Positions 48,421 to 60,999 of a DNA stretch of 64,000 nucleotides are shown piece after piece. The notes below the pieces were generated by a model. It ran no database searches. It was not told where the DNA came from and saw nothing but the letters and a program-made list of their open reading frames with translations. A program made the translations under genes and the position numbers. Source of the stretch: Felis catus (taxonomy: Eukaryota); NCBI RefSeq assembly GCF_018350175.1, contig NC_058368.1, forward strand, positions 46,750,001-46,814,000, given 5' to 3'. Each line of letters opens with the position of its first letter. Positions within the stretch are counted from its first letter, which is position 1.

Positions 48421-50225
48421 AATACCATCAGTCAAATTAGATTTACCCTCATATTTACATTTATATCCTCTTTCATTTTTTTCACTTTTGTCCTCTTTAA
48501 AATGTATCTTAAAATTTTTTCTTTCTTCATTACTTAAAAAAAGGAGGAAAAAAAGACTAAAAGGAAGAGGAAAAAGAAAGAAAGCTTTCTAATGCATTCT
48601 TTTGTCTTCTGGATAAGAAATTAATCACATTGAATAGGCTGTTTTTGTAGAGTCAGTGACAGTATAAAAAAATCAATAAATCTCAATCTTCTTGTTCCTT
48701 CTCAAAAAATATGTATAATCTTATTTTTTCTATTGAGAAATTAATGGACTAATTGTGGCTTATTTTCAAGTTAATTTTTTCCTATTTTTGTTTTAAGGTT
48801 TTTTTTTTTTCTCTCTTTGGCATTAGATTTTGGAAGTTTTGTTATGATGTGTAATAGGTATAGATGTCTTTTGTTGTATCCTAATTTGTACTGAAAGGGC
48901 TTCTTGAATCTGTGGCTTGAAGTCCTTCATCATTTTTTGAAAGTTCTTATTCATTATCTTATAAATACTGCTTTTGCATTATTCCAATTTTTTTTCTTTT
49001 TGTGCTTCATTAACATGTAGGTCTAACCTTCTTCACTCTAATTTTTGGTCTCTTACTCTATCTTTTGTATTTTCTATCTTGTTGTCTCTGTCCTATATAC
49101 TGAGGTTTTTTTGACCTTTCAATCTATAGACTTTCTCTTGATTGTTGTCTAGTAGGCTGTTCAACTCATCCACCAAGTTGGTTCAGTTATTTTAAGGTTC
49201 CGTCCTAGAATTTCTTTCTTTTTTTTATTGTTTCCAGGTCTCTGCCAAAATTCTCGAGCTTACTTTTTGTTTTCTTGTAAACAAAAAAAAAATGGTGATT
49301 TTAAAGCCTGAATCTGATTACTTCACTCTTCAGACACTATATAGGGCTATTCTTATTTCTTCTACTAGTTTAAATTATAATGCCTTGTCTCTTTATGTGC
49401 CTTTTTTTTTCTTTTTTTGCAAAAATTACATGTAGAAATACTCTAAGGTCCCGGAGAGTCCTCCAGAGATCATTTACGTTTGATTTAGTAAAGGACGTGT
49501 GACAATTAGGTATCTAGATTGCTTTAAGGCAATTTCTTGGACTGAAATAATGTGAAGCTTAGCCACACTTCTTATAAATAAAGCCTACCTTTTTTGGTTC
49601 ATCTCTGCCACTGAAGAGGAATCTTTTGGAATTCACAGCTCAATGGGATTACGGTTTCCCTCCGCTCTGTTTTTGACACTGGCGCTGGGACTCCAATCCC
49701 AGCCTCTCAGCGCCACCAGCTTTCACAGTTACTGTTCAGTTTCTCAGCCTCACATCAACCTCACTGATTTACCAAATGCCCTCTGGATAAATGTGACCCT
49801 AAATGCCAGGGTCACCGTCTCTCTCCGGCCCCTGTCCTTTCACTGGCTCTCATTTACTTTTTTTTCACTGTCTTATAACTTCTCTGATGCTTTCAAGTAA
49901 ATTTAAAGAATAGTTTTTCCGGACAATTTTAATAAAACATTCTGAATTACCTAGTAGCCAACAGGGGCAGAATTTCTCCCATATTCTCCTCTTTAAATTG
50001 TCCTTGAAGCAGATTTGCAAACTCATTTCTACCCCACACTCCTTTTAAATTGGTATATATGCAAAATCCTTTCTTCTCTAACTAAAGAGCTAATATTGAA
50101 ATATAAAAATATATAATTATGAATTAAAAAAAAATTAACTCCTTTAAGTTTAAAGTGGGAAGGCTTAATTTGAACAGAAAGGAGTGAAGTAAATAAATGT
50201 AATTTCTTAAATGGACAATTGCCTG

Positions 50226-50431
50226 TTTTTTAAAGTTTATTTATTTTGAGAGGGAGGCACAGGTGGGGAAGAAGCAGAGAGAGAGAAGGAGAGAGAGAGA
50301 GACAGAGAGAATCTCAAGCAGGCTCCACATAGTCATTGCAGAGCCCAACATGGAGCTTGAACTCACAAACGGGGATGTCATGACCTGAGCCAAGGCCTGA
50401 TGCTTAGCCAAGCGAGCCAGCTAGGTGCCCC
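50226..50431 (-). mobile_element. Can-SINE, diverged
   Basis: tttatttattttgagag...agaatctcaagcaggctcc...tcatgacctgagcc...ggtgcccc; TSD caa(t/c)tgcct. Confidence 0.92.
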
Positions 50432-50444
50432 CAACTGCCTCGTT

Positions 50445-50942
50445 CTGTAGCCCAACATCCAAATACTTTTTTTAGTTGGGGGAAGCCCCTCTGTGTGTGT
50501 TTTGTTGAAAGGCAAAATCCCTGCTTACACCTCTCCCAGTGAAGGTCAGTGGGTGAGCGCTAGTCTCTCTTTACCTATTCAGAGCCAGGGCAAAAAGGGA
50601 TACAGGGTCAAGTAATCAAATTCTCCTTCTCAGGACTTCGGCTTTCAGGAGAATGATAAGACTGAGCAAAACTGAGAAATTACTCACAGTGAAGACCACA
50701 GGGTTTTGAGCCTAGAAAGAGAAGATACATGTGATGTTGAACAACAGTATCTGCATGAATGTCCAGCAGCAGAGTGTCCAGAGTTTCAGATGTCTGAAAT
50801 ATTATCCTAGTTCAGTTGATTGGCTTCCAAACTTCTCTTTCTTGCATGTTTGCAGAGCCTGGCTATTCAGATTTCTAGTTGATACGCTTCCAAAAAATTG
50901 CTTTTCGCTTTAAATTAGCCAGCATTAATTCTGTTGCTTGGG
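50445..50942 (+). mobile_element. Old ERVL-class LTR (LTR33/LTR41-like)
   Basis: 3' end ttccaaaaattgcttttcgctttaaattagccagcattaattctgttgcttg resembles ERVL/MaLR LTR termini; family uncertain. Confidence 0.5.
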
Positions 50943-53204
50943 AATTGGTTCAGTGGAGATCAATTAACAAAATTTCCGTTGAAGGATATAAAATAACTCA
51001 GTATTTCTTATAATGAATATATTTAATTTGCTAAGATGTGTGTAATCTAAATTACATGCACATATTTCAATAATAATTTTATTCTTCTGATTTAAAGGAA
51101 ATACATGACTACTTCAGAAGCTGTTATGCATATATATTTTTAAAGATTCTTATTTATGGATTTTAACAAATTAAAATTGAGTTAGAAGATACATAATCAA
51201 TCACTGAAATAATTTCCTCAGTGATGTGGCTTATTAACAATTGAAGATATAGATTCAAGAGAAGCTATTAAGATACATTAAGTTCCATTTCTTTAAATTT
51301 ATTGCAAAATTCCATTTTACATATGTCAGTATTAAATTCAAGCTTCAGGATTTGAAGTTTAGCTGACTGCAAGTTGCCGAAGAAGAGCTAGGATGCTACC
51401 CTTGATCAGTTTGATAATACAGAAAGACTGATCTAAATTAAATGCTAAAAGTGAGGTCCTATTTAGTAGAAAAGCAAGGTGCCCAAGAAAAGTAGCATTT
51501 TCCAGTCATTTTTCATGAAAACAACTGAAATGATGAAAGATGATCCAAGAAAGGGGATCAGTTGAGCCAATGATATTAATAACAATCTAGACTAGCAACT
51601 GATATTTAGGAGATGTCAATCCACAGGATAGGAAAAGGATTCTATGTGGTGAGGGGAAGGATCCCTTATAGGAGAAGAGTGCGGTAAGACCAGAAAGAAA
51701 AGAACAGTACCAGAATCTCAGAAATATAATAAACATTAGCTCTCTCACCATTCCCCACCTCTAGGAAGGGGCAGGGCTACATTCAGAGTCACAGACGTGG
51801 CTTTGGAATAAGAACAAACAAACAAAAAAGAAATCCCAAGGATATGATTTGAGGCACATGGAGGGAAGAGAGGGACGCATGAGGTAAGGTTCCTGGGATG
51901 GAGCACACATTTTTGGAATGGACTACTGCACTATTCCGTGCTCCTGAGGAATATCACAGGGGACTAGTGGTGAACATTATCTGCCTCCCAGGCAATTCTC
52001 CAATAGCCCCTTTAATCTACAGGAATCTCTGCTCTTGAGCCAATGAGCACAATAGAAGGTCCCCTACTCTCTGATCACTATCTCTTTTTATTGATGTTTC
52101 TGTGTGAGAAGAGATAGTAGAAAAGGAGCAAACAACCTTTGAAAAAAACATCATCTGTGACTTCCTACTTGGTCCCTAAGAAGTCTTGAGGCAAACTGAT
52201 TAAAACAAAGAAAATTAGTAAAGCTTCACTGGGGCTTTGAACCTCAAACCAGTCATAGCAGGTAAGTTGCTGGACACCTTCTAAGCACTCACTGAGTGGT
52301 AGCTATTTTTATTGGGTAAGTTGTGTGGGACTTCCTCCTCCTACAGCCTAGCCTGAGCCATCCCAATTAGTCTGCATCTAACCCTCTAACTGTTTCAGAG
52401 TGATAAGGCTGACAAGCTTAGATGAACTTTATCTACATAAATTCCTGAAACAACAGAAATTAATGCAGAACCCATTATCAGAAATCATAGTATAGCTGGT
52501 ACACAGCTCTGATCATTGCAAATGAGGTTTCAACTAGACCCAAGAGCACTTTAAGTTCTTTTGAAGTGTTTTCCAAATCGGAAAATCTTTCTCTTAAAAG
52601 CTTTTCTGAAAATTAACATGGATCTTGACCAAGGATGATTGGTCTCTTCCCAAGGAAGTGTTATGCTGTTAAGTTATGCTGAGTAGCCTGGCATGTGCTG
52701 TATTCCTTTAACATGTTTTCTGTATTAAAATTAACTTAAAGTCATCAAATGTTTATTTTAACCAATGCCTCCATGTGAAAGTATGGATTGAGTCTAACGT
52801 GAAGAAAAGGACATATTTACTCTGGGGAATGATAACAATGTGTTTGTTCCAAACAGAGCTCTTTTCTAGAAAGAAAATTCATATTGACAGATTAGGGATG
52901 GCTTGAATTCTAAGTTTCTCTGATTGATACCTTCAACTCCCAATGAAGTTACATGAGCATGTATGTAATTCTGTGCAGTTAATCAGATGATTTGATTAGT
53001 ATAAAAAGTGACTCAGGGAAGTCTTATTTTTGAAGGACTATTTTTCATTATAAAATGTCTTTTTTGTTTTTTAAATAAAGAAACCTAGTGGAAGAAAGTA
53101 GCTACAATTCCACTATCCTGTTACACAAAGGTTTAGCGGGATTTAAGTGTATTCTATTTTTTAAACAAAGTTATGATCACACAACATCTACAATTCCGTG
53201 TCTT

Positions 53205-53400
53205 CCTTAATGCTGTGCCAGGTACTATGTTAATAATTGCATGTATAGTAACACATTTAAATCTTATAATATCACGTGCATTACTGTTATCTACATTTTA
53301 CAAATGAAAGCAATAAGGCACAGATTGTCAAGTAATTTGCTTAAGATCTTTCAAGAAAGTGATGGGGTTGGAATGTTAACTCTAGCTGTCTGAATCTCTG
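53205..53400 (-). mobile_element. MIR SINE
   Basis: tgtgccaggtactatgtta...catttaaatcttataat...cattttacaaatgaaagcaataaggcacaga..aagtaatttgcttaagatc. Confidence 0.8.
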
Positions 53401-55034
53401 TGACAGAATGTGAGCATTTTAAGTGGCTGTGCAATATCTCACTCAATGACTACATTGCCCTCTTCATTGTTGAATGTTTAGGTTGTTTGCAAACACTGCC
53501 TAATGGGAAATATGACCAGAGACCAGATTTCCAAAAGAATTACTAAATCAAAAGGCTTGAATATTTTCTTTTGATATTCAGAATTTTTAAAATTTTAAGT
53601 AGTTAAATCTGCTGATCTATTATGGTCACTTCTATTGCTGCTATGCTTATGGAGAATAAACAATATAATTTGTCATATTGTAGGTAGCATAAGACTTTCA
53701 AAAGGATAGAAAGAAAATTTCTGTACCATATATTAAGAAATCCATCATTGCATTCACGATTATATAATTAGAAGGACAAGATTATCTATAGAGAAGGATC
53801 CCCAAAGAGACTTATGGTCATTGTCTATGTATACATTACATGGACAAAGTATAGAAGTGATCTTGAAACTTCTTGACTCCTGAGATAACTGCAAAGTCTT
53901 CTTTGTCAATATACTTATTGACCTGTTCTGAATGTTGACACTATTCTCAATGCTCATTGGCATTTGGAGATTAAGCACAGCTCTGACACTCGAAGGAGAT
54001 ATGTCATGGTAAAAATTAAAGAAAACTCTTTTGTTTTAGTAAGGATTCTTTGGTTGTATGAAACAGAAATAAAAAATGAAAATAGCTTTATTGAAAGGCT
54101 ACTGGGTAACCCATATATTCAAAGGGAAGGTTTAACAAGTAAAATTTGGTATTGAAAGGACTTAGATAAGCAGCTTTGGGGAACCCAGCCAGGAACTGTG
54201 GATGGTTTCTTTTACAAACTGGTACTGGAATAAATTTCATCATTGTGACTTCATTAGAAATTCAGATTCCTGGGACAAAGTCCGATTGGCTTATCCCTTA
54301 ACGAAGGCTGGGAATGGGGGTTGGACAAGACTGGATTGGACAGTCACAGTGCTAGTGGGAGGATTTGTAGAAAGCTGAGCAAGCAGGAACAACAGATGCC
54401 AAATTCAATTTTCATCTTAATGTGGTAATAGAAGCTTAGAAGTCAATAACTTCTTAAATAGCCAGGAAGAATTTTCGTGTTGGCAAGCCCATGCAATGGA
54501 ATGTCTTAATCAGTAGGCTGTAGCACTGTTAACAACAAAGACATTGCTTTGATTTGCTGAAGACTTTCAAATTTAGCCAAACAGAAGAATACACTCTAGT
54601 TGTTATAAGCTCTAGCTCTAAAATGGAAGCAGAAAACACAAAATCAAGGATGGGTTGGCAGTTAACGTGACAGGTAAAGCGTAGCACTTACCATCCAGGC
54701 AAGGCCAGGAACAAAATACTAGGAAGCAGAGTTGGAAACACCAAGTATATGTGGGATACACAAAGAATCTAACTGCAATGGTGGTTCAACCAAGGTCACA
54801 GTTGGTGAGGGATGAAGAGAGTGAAGAGCATAGGAATAGCAGGATATAAAAAATTATTTGGGAAAGTGGCTTTTAACAGTAGAGCTCATTTTGGAAGACT
54901 CCGAACCAGTGGACCAAATAACATACTTATAGCACCATCCAAGGGGTAAAAAGAAGAACCAAGGATGAATCATTAGAAAAAAGTTTAACTTTTTTTTCTC
55001 TAAATGCAATGGAGTAATCTTTGAGTTTATTTTT

Positions 55035-55236
55035 TCATTTCATTTTATTTTAAGTTTTCATTTGTATTTATTTTGAGAGAAAGAAAGGCAGAGAGAGAGG
55101 AAAAGAGAGAATCCAAGCAAGCTCCGTGCTGACAGCACAGAGCTAGCACTGGGTTCCAACTCACACACCAGCAGATCATGACCTGAGCCCAAATCAAGAG
55201 TTGGACACTTAACCAGCTGAGCCAGCCACGTGCCCC
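55035..55236 (-). mobile_element. Can-SINE, diverged
   Basis: agatcatgacctgagcccaaatcaagagttggacacttaaccagctgagcc...tgcccc. Confidence 0.92.
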
Positions 55237-56149
55237 TCTTCAGGGTTATTTTAATGGTTTTTCATTAAATGAAATGAAAATGAAATGAAATGGTTTTTCA
55301 TTGTTTTATTTGAAATCCCCCTGGAAAGGGGCACCTAAATTCTTTTCAGTGTTTGGGTCTATAACTGTCTTAATCTACTCCTGTTCAGTCATTCCTCTGA
55401 GAGCATACTTTCAAAGTGATGCTCCCAGAAGGATGCTGCACCATTTGAATTCTACTGAGTATATAAATTAAGCAGTTTTAGTCAACAGATTTTTGTTCAA
55501 TGCTTACAATGACAGGCTTTGCAAATATTAAATTAAAAAATTAAAAAAAATACAATATAGCTTTGTGAGGCATTTGATTTTTTTCAACAGCATTTGGCAT
55601 GACTAATGTGTCCTATAATTTGATAGGCTAGGATTCTCTCTTCAGGGTGGGTGATAGCAACCCTCCCTAGTGAAAGAGGAAAATACCTGGATACCATACA
55701 TTTTTAAGCTGAAGTACATTATTTGAGTCACTGAAAAGATGACAAAATTGTAAGGCATTATCAGGGCAAAAATAAGCGAGAGCAGGAATCCAAGTAAGTG
55801 GACACAGCTTTTTTCCCCTGTTTCCCACCCTCTCCTACACCATCATCATTATTATCATCATTCAGCTTCTTTTTCCCTTGGGGCAAACTTGGAAGCATGA
55901 TTTTCACAGCCTCTTAGACATGGGGTCACAAATTATAACCCAAGTCCCTCTCAAGATGGTGTTCTAATAAGAGACCTTTTCCTGACAAAGTTGGTGACTT
56001 TGGACTCTGAACTTTATACTCAGGAGTTAAGTTAAACCAAAAATAATGCTCTCTTCCCAAAAGACTTAAAGGAAAGTTACCTAACAGTTGAGCAGAGCAG
56101 TGTGAGAGAAGAGAATGAGAATCTGTTCCTCAGAAGTTATAATCACAAC

Positions 56150-56529
56150 TTAGTCTTCAAAAGGGTTTCAAGCCTCAAGTCCCACACATCTAGGAGTTTA
56201 AAAAAAAAAACTCAAGCTGTGAATTTTGCTTAAATAAACATGATTGGTAGTACTCATGGGTGCCTCAGAGAAGAAAAAAAAAAACTTCTATAAAGAAATA
56301 AATCTTTATCCATGTCTTCAAAGAATCTTTTCAATGATTTTCCAAGAAAAAGAGCTCCCTATAAAAGACAATGTAAGACAGGAGGCATGCACTGAAATAA
56401 AAATCAACAAGGAGAAATAAAAACAGAATGAATCCCACAGAGACATTAAACATTGTAATAATTATGCTTTATTATACTTGAAAAATAAAAGATTAAAATA
56501 TCTATAGGGAACAGTAAACCTAAACAGAC

Positions 56530-56564
<35 letters not shown>

Positions 56565-57480
56565 CCCTGAACTGGCAGATTGTAAAAAGAACAAAACAGA
56601 ACTCTTAGAAATTAAAAAATACAGCAACTAAAACTAAAAACTCAATGTTTAACTTTAATAGTAGATTAGACACAGAAAGAGAGAAATTTGGAAGAAAGGA
56701 AGATAAGTTGGAAAAAAATTTCCAGAATATGGTAGAAAGGAAATATGAAAGAGAAGTTAAAAGGCCTGAATAATTAAGTTAAACAGTTAGTGTCTCTCTC
56801 CATTTATCTAATCAGATTTCTATCATGATAAGAGAGAAAGAGAATGGAACATAGGAAATGAAGAGATAATGAATGAGAATTTTCCATAACTGATGAAGAT
56901 TCAAGAAGTTCCTTAAGTCCCAGATATAGCACAGTGATGCTGCAAAATACCAAAAGCAAAGAGGTGGAAGAGAAAAAGAAGTAGCTTCTTAACAGCATTA
57001 AGTCAGAAGACTGAATTTATATTTTCACTGTGATAAAAGGAAGTAAGTACCAAACTATTGCAAGTAAAAATATCTTTAAAATAAGAGGACTGGGGTGCCT
57101 GAGTGGCTCAGTCAGTTAGTCATCCGACTTTGACTCAGGTCATGACCTCAGTGTTCATGAGTTCGAGCCTCTGACAGCTCAGAGCCTGGAGCCTGCTTCA
57201 GATTCTGTGTCGTCTTCTCTCTCTGCCTCTCCCCTGCTCATGTTCTGTCTTTCTTTCTCAAAAATAAATAAACATTGAAAAAAATTTAAATATAAGGACT
57301 ACATAAAGACATTTTCAGATAAGCCAAAAATGAGAGCATATCCTAAAATCAAGTCCTCACTAAAGAAAATTCCAAAAAAAGTGATTTTTTAGGAAAAAAG
57401 AATCGTGGGTGGAAGTTATGAAATGTAAGAAGCAATAAAAAGCACCTTGGTAAAAGAAAGTAAATATAAGCATGAATATT
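56150..57480 (+). mobile_element. Ancient L1 ORF1-region relic (L1ME/HAL1-like), interrupted by a SINE
   Basis: A-rich ORF1-like motifs: aaaaagaacaaaacagaactcttagaaattaaaaaatacagcaact; aatagtagattagacacag; tgagaattttccataactgatgaaga; ataaagacattttcagataag. Confidence 0.65.
57092..57288 (+). mobile_element. Can-SINE with short internal deletion
   Basis: ggggtgcctgagtggctcagtc; gagttcgagcct joined directly to ctgacagctc; flanks end aggact. Confidence 0.93.
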
Positions 57481-57494
57481 TTATAAATGGTATT

Positions 57495-57685
57495 TATTGA
57501 ATACCAAGCAATGTTTAAATAATTTTCATACATTAACTGATGTCATCCTCACAACCACATGAGGTAGGTACTTCTATTTTTGTGACCCTGTCTTACAGAA
57601 GAACCACAGTTGAGTTAAGTAATTTGTCCAAGGCCACATAGCTGAAAGTTGGTCATACCTGGATTTGAACTCTGGCTGTCTGGGC
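57495..57685 (-). mobile_element. MIR SINE (interrupted by the MER21-like LTR)
   Basis: atcctcacaaccacatgaggtaggtact...ttacagaagaacc...gttaagtaatttgtccaaggccacatagct...ggatttgaactctggctgtctg. Confidence 0.85.
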
Positions 57686-57689
57686 AAGA

Positions 57690-58478
57690 TGGTTTTACTC
57701 ACAAAATTTTTGACACCAAATGTGTGTGTGTGGGTTTGTTTTTTTACACTAACCAATTCTTCACTCTTTGGACACCAATCAGGTATCCTACAATTCAATT
57801 CAATTCTGACATTAACTACCCAGCGTTAGCATCAGACTCCATAAGCTTAAAAGCTCAGGTCCGCAAGATGTACCACACTTCAAACACTGTAGCAAGTATT
57901 AAGTATTAGGTTCTTTGGTTACCCACATTTCTGTCTGACTTGGCTACAAACTGGAGGTTCCCATGACCCACCCCCCAACCTGTTCATTAATTTGCTAGAA
58001 TGGCTCACATAACTCAGAAAGATGGTTAACTTACTAGTTTATTATAAAGGATATAACTCAGGAACAGACAAATGGAAGAGATGCATAGGGCAAGGTGCAA
58101 GGAGCTCCCATACTTCCTCTGGGTATGCCTCAATGCATTCACCAATGTAGATGCTCTCTGAATCCCATTTGTTTAGGTTTTTTTTGTTTGTTTTTTTTTA
58201 ATGGAGGTTTTATTATGTAGGCATGCTTCATTAAATCATTAACCATTGGTAATTAACTCAATCTCTAACCCCTCTGGACTTGAAAGGTCCATCCCTCTAA
58301 TCATGCCTTACTCTTTCTGAAGACTAGCCCTATCTTGAAGTTATCTAGGGGCCCCAGCCACCAGTCATCTCATTAGCATACCAAAGACACGCTTATCATT
58401 CTGGATATTCCAAGGGTTTTAAAAGCCAAGTGCCAGGGACCAGGGATAAAGACCAAGTATATATTTCTCATTGTGTCA
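57690..58478 (-). mobile_element. MER21-like ERVL solo LTR
   Basis: ttttgacaccaaatgtgtg, caattcaattctgacattaactacc, atttgctagaatggctcac, ccagccaccagtcatctcattagcataccaaagacac, gaccaagtatatatttct. Confidence 0.85.
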
Positions 58479-58857
58479 TGCTGAGCCTGTGTTCCTAAAT
58501 GCTGTACCATACAAAAATAAAGGATAACAGCAAATTCAGGCTTAACGGACATTAAAGTTTCATTTAATATAGCTGAAGTTCTTCCTTTCCCTACAATGTT
58601 AGTAAATACAAAAATAAATACATCAACTTAATGAACTATTTCTGAAATTAGATTTGGAAGATAGCAGATTACAGGAAGGAGTATGTCATATGAATACTTG
58701 CCTAGGATGGCAGTGCCAGTGGACCCAAAAAATTGGATTCACAACCAGAGCAGTATCAGGGCAGTGGCCAGGGTCCAGCACAAAAACTACACCTAAAAAA
58801 AAAAAAAAACAAAAAAACAAAAAACTACACCTAAATTAAATTAAAAGCCTCCTGTTA

Positions 58858-59025
58858 GGGGCACCTGGGTGGCTCAGCAGGTTAAGTGTCCAACTCTTGA
58901 TCTCATAGTTCATGAGGTTGAGCCCTGCATCAGGCTCCATGCTGACAGTGCAGAGCTTGCTTAGGATTCTCTCTCTCCCTTTCTTTCTGCCTCTCCCCCT
59001 CTTTCTGCCTCTCCCCAGCTCGTGC

Positions 59026-59063
<38 letters not shown>

Positions 59064-59091
59064 AAAATAAATAAATAAACTTAAAAAAAAA
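58858..59091 (+). mobile_element. Can-SINE with expanded (CT)n
   Basis: Head ggggcacctgggtggctcag; degenerate TSD aaaagcctcctgtt / aaaatcctcatgtt. Confidence 0.95.
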
Positions 59092-59104
59092 TCCTCATGT
59101 TTTA

Positions 59105-59333
59105 TTTATTTTTTTTTTTAATTTTTTTTTCAACGTTTATTTATTTTTGGGACAGAGAGAGACAGAGCATGAACGGGGGAGGGGCAGAGAGAGACGGAGA
59201 CACAGAATCGGAAACAGGCTCCAGGCTCTGAGCCATCAGCCCAGAGCCTGACGTGGGGCTCGAACTCACGGACCGCGAGATCGTGACCTGGTTGAAGTCG
59301 GACGCTTAACTGACTGCGCCACCCAGGCGCCCC
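59105..59333 (-). mobile_element. Young SINEC_Fc-type Can-SINE
   Basis: Nearly identical to 31760-31995; exact 17-bp TSD aaaatcctcatgtttta (59088-59104 / 59334-59350). Confidence 0.97.
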
Positions 59334-59397
59334 AAAATCCTCATGTTTTAAAAGTAGGTCCAAGAAATCAGGTTTCAGTAGTAAAAAGACAAAGTTA

Positions 59398-59522
59398 GGG
59401 GCACCTGGTGGCTCAGTCAGTTAAGCATCTGACTCTTGATTTCAGCTCAGGTCATGATCTCAAGGTTTATGAGTTCAAGCCCTGCATCTGACTTTGCACT
59501 GATAGTGTGGAGCCTGCTTGGG

Positions 59523-59575
<53 letters not shown>

Positions 59576-59598
59576 ATAAATAAACTTAAAAAAATTTT
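59398..59598 (+). mobile_element. Can-SINE with long (CT)n
   Basis: Exact 15-bp TSD aaaaagacaaagtta (59383-59397 / 59599-59613); (CT)n at about 59526-59572. Confidence 0.95.
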
Positions 59599-60999
59599 AA
59601 AAAGACAAAGTTAGATGCAAGAATGCATTTAGAGACTGGACTATAAAAAATGAAGAAAGTGAAAGGAAATTAGTTGAAGGAGCCTGGGATGTAAGCTGTT
59701 CTGGGTTGCTCCTAGCTGTCTATGGGATGTGGAAGATATGATACTAGCACAGGTTAAAAAGGGTAGGTAGGAGGTCCAAGGGTGGGGTCAACCAGCCCAT
59801 CCCTTGGCCTTGAGAATTCTTATTGTTAGGATAAACATATTGGACCAGCTGGGTTTTAAGTTTTCTTTCAACTGTAACATGTCCTTTGTGTAGAATGATT
59901 TCATGGAGATGATCCAAATGCCAGTCCTAGGTGTGATCTTTTGATTTCATTAGTTTCTACGAATGTTATAACATTAAGGCTGTATTATATTAAGATTTCA
60001 AGATAGAGAAACTCTGAGGAGGTTCCACATGGTATGAAGGGTATAAGACCTAAAGCAAAGAAGACACTCTAAATTCCTCTTGAGCTGCACACCGCAGCAT
60101 CACTTGTGGCACCAGCCAAAGGAATCTCCCAGCCAATTAACTCTGTTAGAGTCGGGGACTACAGGTCAGGAACTGGGACAGAATGGCAGACCCAAAATAA
60201 TCTCCCTAGAATTTGTATTTTTGCCTAAAATCAGAAAAAGAAAAAAAGATTTAATTGGTCTGGGAGACTATCACAAGTAGGTGAAAGATAAGATTGCATC
60301 TTCCAAGGGGAGACAGTCTGCGGTTGGAGAAAAGGCAAGCTCTACCGGTATTTTGGGTCCTAAATTTAATAATTGTAGCATCAAAACCCTATAATTTGGA
60401 AAAGTAGTTGTGAAGATGATGTTTGCATTTTCTCTAATCACTTTCCTTTTGTTCCTATTTAGCATATGTTAAGTTCCGCATGAAATTACAGTGTTTCAGC
60501 AGCGCAAGAGAACCAAGGAAGATTTCATTTGCTTTCTTTTGCCAGGCTTGGCTCAAGCATTAAAGGGAAACAGGATAATTCTAGGGATGACGTGTGATGG
60601 TGTTGACGATATTAAAATGAAAATTATTGCAAGAAAATGAAACTAAAAGTCATGAAGTCAAGGCTTTCTTTTTAAGGTATCATGTTTCTCAACACTTTCT
60701 CCCCTCTCCCTCCGACAGTATGCACAGGGCTGGTGTTCAATTGCCCAGTGCTCCCCATGGGCTTCTGGGCTTGGTGTGGAAAGTTGTGCTCATCTAGCCT
60801 CCACTTGCAGAACCGCAGACTCAATCCCTGCCTGCCCAGCAGGCAAAGCATCTGGCACTGCCTGCCTTTCTTCTACCCCCTTGTCTACCTCTGCCTTCCT
60901 CGCCCCTGCTGTCAATGCAATTGTTCCTGCTACTGAGGTTTTCTTCTCTGGTGCCTTTAGAACAGCAATAATGATGATAGCTAGGGGCTTAAAAATTCA

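Larger units (their letters stand above)
46590..49970 (-). mobile_element. Ancient L1 relic, right part (ORF2 N-terminal, ORF1 and 5' region)
   Basis: Continues the 37085-39050 element across the young L1 (tgaaaccatctggccct; ttccaggaatttgtacatttca; tagtcagagaac; ttcttgaatctgtggcttga); right boundary approximate. Confidence 0.72.

Noticed and set aside
3597..59598. tRNA-like A/B boxes and 'MAQSVK...' or 'GAPGWRSRLSVRLQPGHDL' ORFs
   Set aside because: All belong to tRNA-derived Can-SINE heads; they are neither tRNA genes nor proteins
60546..60640. Good acceptor (tttgctttcttttgccag) followed by LAQALKGNRIILGMTCDGVDDIKMKIIARK*
   Set aside because: The LRR-like start (LAQALKGN) is not followed by the LxxLxL pattern; early stop; no supporting upstream exon
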